64,000 bases of DNA, taken from Planctomycetota bacterium (GTDB lineage: Bacteria; Planctomycetota; SZUA-567; H5-PLA8). Positions 57,134-64,000 of this stretch are shown piece by piece. The stretch is from positions 1-64,000 of the forward strand of contig JBBRPR010000029.1 in the NCBI GenBank assembly GCA_038227875.1, read 5' to 3'. Numbering within the stretch: position 1 is the first letter of the stretch; each line of letters opens with the position of its first letter. The notes below the pieces were generated by a model. It was not told the DNA's origin and made no database searches. It saw nothing but the letters and a program-made list of their open reading frames with translations. The position numbers were made by a program, and so were the translations under genes.

Positions 57134-57766
57134 TCAAATGCCGTGAATCATGCGGGCTTCCAACGCCTGCCGCAGCGCCTGACGCGCGCGGGCCAGGGCG
57201 GAGTTCACCGCGGTTTCGCTTTTGCCGGCTTTTTCCGCCAAGTCGCGGACCGAATAGCCGTGAATGTATTTGCCGATCAGCAGTTCCTGCGCGGAGGCTT
57301 CGAGTGCGCTGAGCACTTCGCCGATCAGGCGCCGCGCTTCCGGGGAGAGCGCGCCGGGACGTTCGGCCTGGTCTTCGCGGTCGCTGAGCATGCCGGCGAT
57401 CCATTCGCGTTCACGCTTGTCGAGCTCCGAGAAGCGCATTTCGAGCTGTCGTTTGCGGGAGCGGTAATGGTCGGCGATTTTTCTCCGTGCGACGCCGTAG
57501 AGCAGCGGTACTTCCTCTCCGTCATGTGGCCGGGGCTGCGCCCACATCGCCAGAAAAACATCCGCCACCAGTTCGCTGGAGATGACATCGTCCATGCCGG
57601 TCCGGAAATAGATGTAACGGTAGACGGCCGATGCGTGGGCACGGTAGAACTCATCAAACGCCAACATCGCCCACGGTATAGAGGGAGCCGGGCGGGCGGG
57701 CTGGGCGTTGGCGCCAGAAGCCATTGAGGCCATTAACGGGTTCTTCCTGATTCCAGCCTCTGTCAT
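57134..57766 (-). CDS. ECF sigma factor
   Basis: AFDEFYRAHASAVYRYI, ELVADVF, GYSVRDLAEKAGKSETAVNSALARAR. Confidence 0.88.
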   Translation of the reverse strand: MTEAGIRKNPLMASMASGANAQPARPAPSIPWAMLAFDEFYRAHASAVYRYIYFRTGMDDVISSELVADVFLAMWAQPRPHDGEEVPLLYGVARRKIADHYRSRKRQLEMRFSELDKREREWIAGMLSDREDQAERPGALSPEARRLIGEVLSALEASAQELLIGKYIHGYSVRDLAEKAGKSETAVNSALARARQALRQALEARMIHGI

Positions 57767-57959
57767 ACCTATACATTCGAGCGGAAGCAAAAAACTGTCG
57801 GCATAAATTAACAAAATCGAGAAGGAACTGCGCGATTCGCGTCCCAGCTGAAGTCGATTATTGCGTCAGGTGTTGTACCATTGTTGTAGATCCTGCAGCA
57901 CAGAATGATATAAAAAGTATATTTTATCGCTATTTAACGCGAAAAGCACAATGTGCATG

Positions 57960-57976
57960 TTGGCATGTTGTTTGTA
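57960..57976 (+). promoter_or_regulatory. Candidate sigma54 promoter for the HEAT gene
   Basis: TTGGCATGTTGTTTGTA (GG-N10-GT variant) with AT-rich tract upstream. Confidence 0.4.
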
Positions 57977-58011
57977 TTGTCCATTTCGTCGCATTCGAGA
58001 GGAACGGTCCC

Positions 58012-58485
58012 ATGTTTAACTCACACCACCCCGGCGTTTCGGCCCTGATAGATGCTGTCATCCATAACCAGGACGGTATCCGCTCATTTGCGATGCGTCG
58101 TCTGGTCAACGTTGGCGCGGAAGCCGTTCCCGCACTCATTCATCTGCTCGGCGACCGCCGTCCGGAAATCCAGGAGAGTGCCGCGATCGTACTGACGACC
58201 ATGGGGAAGGTAGTGATTCCGGATTTGATCGACGCGATGAAGCACAGTAAAGACCGCAAGGTTTGCTGGGGTGCGGCGTGGGTGCTGGCGACGATTGGAC
58301 CGGCCGCGCGCGCCGCGTTGCCGGAAGTCAAGATTCCCGGCCGGAGCGCTGAAGGCTCAACGGCGAGTTCGTCGGGCTCCAACACCGGCGTCTGGTCCGA
58401 TGCCTGGCTGACGAAAGTTCGCGCAAAACTCGCCGACGCCAAACAAGAGGTCTCCTACTTCCTCGCCGCTGTCCAGCCGGCGTGA
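58012..58485 (+). CDS. HEAT-repeat (PBS lyase-like) protein
   Basis: GAEAVPALIHLL, VIPDLIDAM, AAWVLATIGPAARAALP. Confidence 0.85.
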   Translation: MFNSHHPGVSALIDAVIHNQDGIRSFAMRRLVNVGAEAVPALIHLLGDRRPEIQESAAIVLTTMGKVVIPDLIDAMKHSKDRKVCWGAAWVLATIGPAARAALPEVKIPGRSAEGSTASSSGSNTGVWSDAWLTKVRAKLADAKQEVSYFLAAVQPA

Positions 58486-58489
58486 CGGA

Positions 58490-58515
58490 ACCCTCCGGTA
58501 AATTTGCCGGAGGGT
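58490..58515 (+). terminator. Stem-loop terminator
   Basis: ACCCTCCGGTA..TGCCGGAGGGT directly after the stop; followed by (CGAATCC)x2-CATCTCC heptamers. Confidence 0.55.
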
Positions 58516-58607
58516 CTTCGAATCCCGAATCCCATCTCCCATTTTTCATCATGTGAAGTCGCTGCTCTCGGATAAGCTTTTGTTAATTCAAAATCCGAGG
58601 TGACATT

Positions 58608-58763
58608 GTGCTGAACGAACACAAGCGACCTGAGTTTGAAGGCAAGGAGAAGACCTCCGAGCGAAAGATGGTGGAAGGCTGCCTGTTGCTCTTTTTGTTT
58701 ACGGTGGTGATCGGCATCGGGTTGGTGATCCTGTTTTCGATGTGGTCGAAGATTTTCGGTTAG
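58608..58763 (+). CDS. 51-aa single-TM small protein (below the ORF-track cutoff)
   Basis: GAGGTG SD; MLNEHKRPEFEGKEKTSERKMVEGCLLLFLFTVVIGIGLVILFSMWSKIFG. Confidence 0.65.
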   Translation: MLNEHKRPEFEGKEKTSERKMVEGCLLLFLFTVVIGIGLVILFSMWSKIFG

Positions 58764-58772
58764 GCGAGTCGG

Positions 58773-59420
58773 GTGGCAGTTCGGGGGTCGGGCCGGGGCG
58801 GGGGGAGTGCGTTCGTGGAAAGACCATCAGACAATGTCAGCCTGGGCATGATGGTCGGACTGCTGCTGGTCGTCGTGATCCTGCTGGTGGTGCTGACCCT
58901 GGCGATCATGTGGCTGAAGAAGAACTACGGCGGCGGCGCGGGCGAAGCTGAAGAATCCGAAAAGCCCGACGACCGTAAAGTGCTCGGCGACCTGGGCCGC
59001 ATCAAGTCTGAAATCTCCCCCGAGGTCTTCAAAGCGCTGCAGCGCACGATCGTTTCCGGCGATGTCAGCAAGCTGGCAGTGGTCGCTTCGGCGATACAAG
59101 TCGCGCTGGAACGCGGGGGCGCACATCCCGGCTTCGGAAACCTGCTGCTGACGCTGGGGATTCTCGACGCCGGAGCCTGCGGCGAAGCCTATTTGCTCGG
59201 CGCACTGGAAATATACGAGAATAAATTCGGCCCGGATGATCCCGAGACGGCCGTGACGCTGGCCGTCGTCGCGCGCAATCTGGCCAAGCAGAATTCCGCT
59301 CATGCCGAAGAAATGCTGATTCGGGCGCTGGAATTCTATACCGCCAACGACCCCGACCACGGCGAAGTTCCGAAACTGCGCGCCGCCTACGAGACGCTGG
59401 CGCAGAAGAACGCTCAATAG
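58773..59420 (+). CDS. Membrane-anchored TPR-like protein (start uncertain)
   Basis: N-terminal TM; ALEIYENKFGPDDPETAVTL kinesin-light-chain-like TPR. Confidence 0.7.
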   Translation: MAVRGSGRGGGSAFVERPSDNVSLGMMVGLLLVVVILLVVLTLAIMWLKKNYGGGAGEAEESEKPDDRKVLGDLGRIKSEISPEVFKALQRTIVSGDVSKLAVVASAIQVALERGGAHPGFGNLLLTLGILDAGACGEAYLLGALEIYENKFGPDDPETAVTLAVVARNLAKQNSAHAEEMLIRALEFYTANDPDHGEVPKLRAAYETLAQKNAQ

Positions 59421-59455
59421 CTCAATAGAAAGATTGATTTGAAGCGGCTTGGTGT

Positions 59456-61363
59456 TCAGCGCGTCAGGCGTGCGACTTCGGCCAGAAGCATGTCCGGATC
59501 CACCGGCTTGGAGACGTGCGCCTGAAAACCCGACGCCAGCGCCCGTTGCCGATCTTCGACCCGTGAAAATGCAGTCAAGGCAATGGCCGGCATGGTGCCG
59601 CCGGCTTCACGTGAACGCGCGCGAATGAGGCGAATCAGGGCGTAGCCATCTTCATCCGGCATGCCGATGTCGCTGATCAGCACGCCCGGCTTGAACGTGT
59701 CGAGCACGTCCATGGCTTCCCGCACGGAATGAACCCCGGACGCGGTGGCACCGTGCTGTGTGAGGATGCTTTCGACCATCTCGCAGGTGTCGGGCTCGTC
59801 TTCGACGACGAGGATGCGCATGCCTGAAAGCACCGAGGCCCTGGCCGCGGCTCGCTGCAGATCGCGGCCGTGCGCGGCGGCGCGGAAATCGTGAAGGCCT
59901 GGAATCTGAACGAGGAACGTGGCGCCGCGGTTTTTTCCAGCGCTGTCCACCGAAACCGTTCCGCCGTGAAGTTCGACCAGATGGCGCACGATGGACAGGC
60001 CCAGGCCAAGACCCTTGTAGCGGCGCGTGGACGTCGTGTTCTCCTGGCGGAAGCGATCGAAGACATACGGCAGAAAATCCTGGTCGATGCCGATTCCGGT
60101 GTCGGTTACGGTGACGGCGGCGTTCTGGCCGAGGCGTTCGAGACTGACGGTGACACGTCCCCCGTGCGGCGTGAATTTGATGGCGTTGGTCAGCAGGTTG
60201 TAAATGATCTGGCGGAGCCGGTCGGGATCGCCAGAGACGGGCGGACACGCGTCGCGGGCGATGCATTCGAGGTGGATGTCTTTGGATTCCGCCGAGAGCC
60301 GCACGGCCTCGAACGCGTTTTGCACCACGTCGCGAAAATCGACGGGTCGCATTTCGAGAATCATTTTTCCGGAAATGATGCGCGAGACGTCGAGCAGGTC
60401 TTCGATCAGCTTGGCCTGCGAAACGGCGTTGTTCTCGATGATCTCAAACGCGCGCAGTTGTTTGTCGGGCTCGAGTTTGTTAGTGCGGATCAGGCGGATC
60501 CAGCCCAGGATGGCCGTCAGCGGCGTGCGCAGCTCATGCGAGACGACCGCCAGGAATTCGTCCTTGGCGCGGTTGGCCGATTCGGCCTGCGCTTGCGCCT
60601 CCTGCGTGCGTTTGAGCATTTCCGTGCGCTGCTTTTCCGCCTGCCTGCCGGCGCTGACGTCGTGAAAGACCATGACGGCGCCCAGCGTCGCGCCGTCTGA
60701 AGTTTTGATGGGCGCGGCACTGTCTTCGATGGGAATTTCGCGGCCGTCGCGCGCGAGCAGCGAGGTGTGGCTGGCGGTGGTGACCGTCATGCCTTCCTTC
60801 AAGGCGGCGGCGATGGGATTGCGCGCCTGCATCCGCGAATTTTCGTGAATGAGATTGCAGACGCTTTCCAGCGGATGCCCGGCGGCTTCGTCCATCTTCC
60901 AGCCGGTCATGCGCTCAGCGACCGGATTCAGAAACGTGATGCAGCCGCCACGGTCGGTGGTAATCACCGCATCGCCGATGCTCGCCAGCGTGACGCGCAG
61001 CCATTCCTGCTGTTTGCGCAATTCCACTTCGGTGCGGTGGCGTTCGTTGAAGAGCATTCCAATCAGCACCGCGGCCAGGCAGAAGACGACGAGGTTGACG
61101 AGATCTTCCATGGGCGACCAGCCGACTTCGCGAAAGATCACGAAGCGTACGCCGCCGGCCAGAAACGCCGCCAGCAGTGCAGGGCCCAGCCCGCCGTACC
61201 AGGCGCTGAACACCACGGCCATGGTGAAGACCGCAGTCGGTGAGTTTGACCACGGAAACAGGAGTACCGCCAACCCCATGGCCAGCACGACCGAAAGTGC
61301 CGCCAGACAATAGGCGATGAAGCTTTCCTGGCGTCCGCGGGGAGACATGATGGTGCTTCTCAT
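59456..61363 (-). CDS. Hybrid sensor histidine kinase (DUF4118-PAS-HisKA-HATPase-REC)
   Basis: FSAWYGGLGP, SIGDAVI..NPVAE, VSHELRTPL, NLLTNAIKF, GLGLGL, LISDIGMP, SKPV. Confidence 0.95.
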   Translation of the reverse strand: MRSTIMSPRGRQESFIAYCLAALSVVLAMGLAVLLFPWSNSPTAVFTMAVVFSAWYGGLGPALLAAFLAGGVRFVIFREVGWSPMEDLVNLVVFCLAAVLIGMLFNERHRTEVELRKQQEWLRVTLASIGDAVITTDRGGCITFLNPVAERMTGWKMDEAAGHPLESVCNLIHENSRMQARNPIAAALKEGMTVTTASHTSLLARDGREIPIEDSAAPIKTSDGATLGAVMVFHDVSAGRQAEKQRTEMLKRTQEAQAQAESANRAKDEFLAVVSHELRTPLTAILGWIRLIRTNKLEPDKQLRAFEIIENNAVSQAKLIEDLLDVSRIISGKMILEMRPVDFRDVVQNAFEAVRLSAESKDIHLECIARDACPPVSGDPDRLRQIIYNLLTNAIKFTPHGGRVTVSLERLGQNAAVTVTDTGIGIDQDFLPYVFDRFRQENTTSTRRYKGLGLGLSIVRHLVELHGGTVSVDSAGKNRGATFLVQIPGLHDFRAAAHGRDLQRAAARASVLSGMRILVVEDEPDTCEMVESILTQHGATASGVHSVREAMDVLDTFKPGVLISDIGMPDEDGYALIRLIRARSREAGGTMPAIALTAFSRVEDRQRALASGFQAHVSKPVDPDMLLAEVARLTR

Positions 61364-61461
61364 ATTTTCCTGCCCCAATCACTTCGTTAGACGTGTGGGA
61401 GCGCCGGGACTTCAGCGCCTTGCAAAGAAATGAATTATAAAAGGACGTGCGTTCGAGCGGA

Positions 61462-61635
61462 CTACTTGTTCCGGGGGGCGCGCTTGACGTTCTTGCGCGG
61501 GATCATGTCGCTGTGGCGGGGCGTTCGTGATTTAGGGACCGGCTTGCCGGAGCTGCAATCGGCGCAGAGCTTCGGTTCGGAGATTTTCTGGAGCCGCATC
61601 AACGTGCCACATTTTTCACAATAGGTGATGGTCAT
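61462..61635 (-). CDS. Small zinc-ribbon protein with basic tail
   Basis: YCEKCG...LCADC; GGAG SD. Confidence 0.65.
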   Translation of the reverse strand: MTITYCEKCGTLMRLQKISEPKLCADCSSGKPVPKSRTPRHSDMIPRKNVKRAPRNK

Positions 61636-61757
61636 GGCTGCAATCTCCATATATCAGGCTAATGGCAGCCGGATCAGCGTCAATTTCACATCCAATCTCG
61701 AACCGAATCGTGTACGATAATCAGCCAGAATTAGAGGCCTTGGGTAAGGAGTGCGAT

Positions 61758-62579
61758 TTGGGTATCTTGACCGTGTTGTTTTTCGGCGATGTGGTGGGCC
61801 GGCCCGGGCGCAATGCCCTGGCTCAAGCAGTTCCGGTGCTGAAGGAAAAGTACCAGGCGGATTTCGTGGTCGTCAACGGTGAGAACGCCGCCTCCGGCTC
61901 CGGGCTGACGCCGACGACTCTCAATAAGATTCTGACCAGCGGCGCCGACGTGGTCACCACCGGCGATCATATCTTCCGCAACAAGGAATACCCCGGCGTG
62001 ATCCACGAACTGCGCGTCCTGCGCCCGGCCAACTATCCCAAGAGCGCCGACGGCAAAGGATGGGGGCTTTACACCACCAAGGACGGCACGCGCATCATTG
62101 TCATGAATCTGATGGGCCGCGTCTTCATGGAACCGCTGCGCTGTCCCTTTGAACTGGCCGACGACATTCTCACCACGGCCTCGAACCAGACGCGCATCAT
62201 TCTGCTCGACATGCACGCTGAAGCGACCAGCGAAAAGATCGCGATGGGCTGGCATCTCGACGGCAAGGTCTCAGCCATCGTGGGCACGCACACGCATGTT
62301 CAGACCGCCGACGAACGCATCCTTCCGGGCGGCACTGCGTACATTTCCGATCTCGGCATGACCGGCCCTTACGACGGCGTGCTGGGCCGAGAGAAAGTGC
62401 CGGTGCTCAAAAAATTGCGGACCGCCATGCCCGCGCACTTCGACGTCGCGGAGAACGATGTAAAGGCCTGCGGCGTCGTGGTCAAGATCGACAAGGACAC
62501 CGGCCGCGCCCAGTCGATTGAACGCTTCCAGATGCCGATCGATCCGCGTACCGGAATGGACTACGGAGCGGGGCGCTAA
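61758..62579 (+). CDS. ymdB: YmdB/TIGR00282 family metallophosphoesterase
   Basis: GDVVGRPG, NGENA, RPANYP, DMHAEATSEK, GTHTHVQTAD; AAGGAG SD before TTG. Confidence 0.93.
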   Translation: MGILTVLFFGDVVGRPGRNALAQAVPVLKEKYQADFVVVNGENAASGSGLTPTTLNKILTSGADVVTTGDHIFRNKEYPGVIHELRVLRPANYPKSADGKGWGLYTTKDGTRIIVMNLMGRVFMEPLRCPFELADDILTTASNQTRIILLDMHAEATSEKIAMGWHLDGKVSAIVGTHTHVQTADERILPGGTAYISDLGMTGPYDGVLGREKVPVLKKLRTAMPAHFDVAENDVKACGVVVKIDKDTGRAQSIERFQMPIDPRTGMDYGAGR

Positions 62580-62582
62580 CCG

Positions 62583-63875
62583 ATGCCGCCGTTCCGCCGC
62601 GGACTGACCGACTACGGACTGACGCGCCCCGCGGCGCCGAAGATCGATCCGGCCACGGGCAAGCCCAAAGCATGGACTGTCACGCAGGTCACGCGGCTGA
62701 TTAAAGACTGCATCGAGAAATCGATCGGCGCTGTGTGGGTCGAAGGCGAAATCTCAAACTTTAAATGGTATTCGTCCGGCCACTGTTATTTCACATTGAA
62801 AGACGATGGCGCGCAGTTGTCGTGTGTGCTGTGGCGCGCCACAGCCGAACGACTGGCTTTTATGCCCGAGGACGGCACGAAGGTGCTCGTGCAGGGCCGC
62901 GTTTCTGTCTACGAACCTCGCGGACAGTACCAGCTGGTCGTGGAGCGCATGGAGCCACTCGGCGCCGGCGCTCTGGCCGTGGCGTTCGAGCAGCTCAAGA
63001 AAAAGCTCGCCGCTGAAGGATTGTTCGACGAGGACCGCAAGCGCGAGATCCCGCGCTTTCCGGCGTGCATTGGCATCGTCACCAGCCCTACGGGCGCCGC
63101 GATTCAGGATTTGCTCAAAGTCATCTTCAACCGCTGGCCGGCCAACATCATCATTGCCGGCGTGCGGGTGCAAGGCGATGGCGCGGCCGCGGAAGTCGCC
63201 GCGGCGATCCGCCAGATGAACCGTCTCACCGGTGCGAACCGGCCGGATGTGCTGATCGTCGGGCGTGGCGGCGGTTCGCTGGAGGATCTGTGGGCCTTCA
63301 ATGAGGAAGTCGTGGCGCGCGCGCTTGCGGCATCCGAGATTCCCACGATCAGCGCGGTGGGCCACGAAGTCGATTTCACGATCTCGGATTTCGTCGCCGA
63401 TGTCCGCGCCGCGACGCCCAGCCACGCCGGCGAGATGGTCGTCCCGCTCTACGCGGAATTGCAGGAGCGTCTTGCAGGCCTGCGCGGCCTGCTTCCCGCT
63501 GCGTTGCTGCGCCGCGTCGACGTGGCTCGCGACCGGCTGGAGGCGATCGAGCAAAGTTACGCGTTGCGCCATCCAGAAGCGCGAATGGGGATGTTGCGTC
63601 AGCGGCTGGATGATCTCTCCGCGCGCCTGCTTCCCGCGGGCGAGCGCCGCATTGCCGCCGGCCGCGACGCGATGGCGCGGTACGCCGGCCGCCTGGAATC
63701 GCTCTCGCCGCTGAAAGTGCTGGAGCGCGGATTTTCGGTCACGACGCGGCCTGATGGCACGGTGATTCGAAAGATCGAGGACGTCAGCGCCGGGGAGCTC
63801 ATTCGGACGCGTGTTGGTAATGGGACAATTCAATCTCGCGTCGAAGGGGTTCAGCCGGAGGGCGAGAGAAGCTAA
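62583..63875 (+). CDS. xseA: Exodeoxyribonuclease VII large subunit
   Basis: VWVEGEISN, SGHCYFTLKD, VTSPTGAA, RGGGSLEDLW, VGHEVD, LSPLKVLERGF. Confidence 0.97.
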   Translation: MPPFRRGLTDYGLTRPAAPKIDPATGKPKAWTVTQVTRLIKDCIEKSIGAVWVEGEISNFKWYSSGHCYFTLKDDGAQLSCVLWRATAERLAFMPEDGTKVLVQGRVSVYEPRGQYQLVVERMEPLGAGALAVAFEQLKKKLAAEGLFDEDRKREIPRFPACIGIVTSPTGAAIQDLLKVIFNRWPANIIIAGVRVQGDGAAAEVAAAIRQMNRLTGANRPDVLIVGRGGGSLEDLWAFNEEVVARALAASEIPTISAVGHEVDFTISDFVADVRAATPSHAGEMVVPLYAELQERLAGLRGLLPAALLRRVDVARDRLEAIEQSYALRHPEARMGMLRQRLDDLSARLLPAGERRIAAGRDAMARYAGRLESLSPLKVLERGFSVTTRPDGTVIRKIEDVSAGELIRTRVGNGTIQSRVEGVQPEGERS

Positions 63876-64000
63876 CTTCGGTATTCACATCGCATTGGGT
63901 CCCGCCTGCAAACATACAGCCTGACAATTACCACATCATCTTCACAATCCGGTTGACCGCGCCTCGCTAGTCTGCGAATATGTCCGCCTTAATCATTATC

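Noticed and set aside
57120..57404. N-terminal extension of the 895-aa ORF
   Set aside because: Overlaps the ECF gene out of frame; SD supports a start at 57119
63876..64000. xseB expected after xseA
   Set aside because: No matching ORF in the remaining 125 nt; xseB is often located elsewhere

Overview
GC-rich bacterial chromosomal window. It looks Planctomycetota-like (inference from a prepilin/DUF1559-type protein, a Ser/Thr kinase, two ECF sigma factors, prenyltransferase-barrel proteins and many HEAT/TPR proteins). Contents in order: an HTH gene flanked by REP-like hairpins; a carbohydrate locus (Ogl-like lyase, pilin-like protein, LacI, GH50-like/CBM9 hydrolase); a run of peptidase, secreted protein, Ser/Thr kinase, methyltransferase and HDAC genes; a radical SAM gene; a pilT - TPR/FG-GAP - tandem HEAT paralog operon; an A1-type cytochrome c oxidase operon; an iron-type ABC permease with an inserted LysM-like domain; a SNF2 helicase; glycosyltransferases; HDOD plus fliD-fliS-fliT; a second pilT; two convergent ECF sigma/anti-sigma-like pairs; a hybrid histidine kinase; a YmdB-like phosphoesterase; and xseA. 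No rRNA, tRNA, CRISPR array, integrase or transposase was recognised. The best candidates for novelty are a zinc-binding anti-sigma fused to a QW-repeat prenyltransferase-like barrel (two paralogs with similar ECF-like promoters), the LysM-permease fusion, and the pilT-linked envelope operon. All calls come from reading motifs by eye; no database searches were run.
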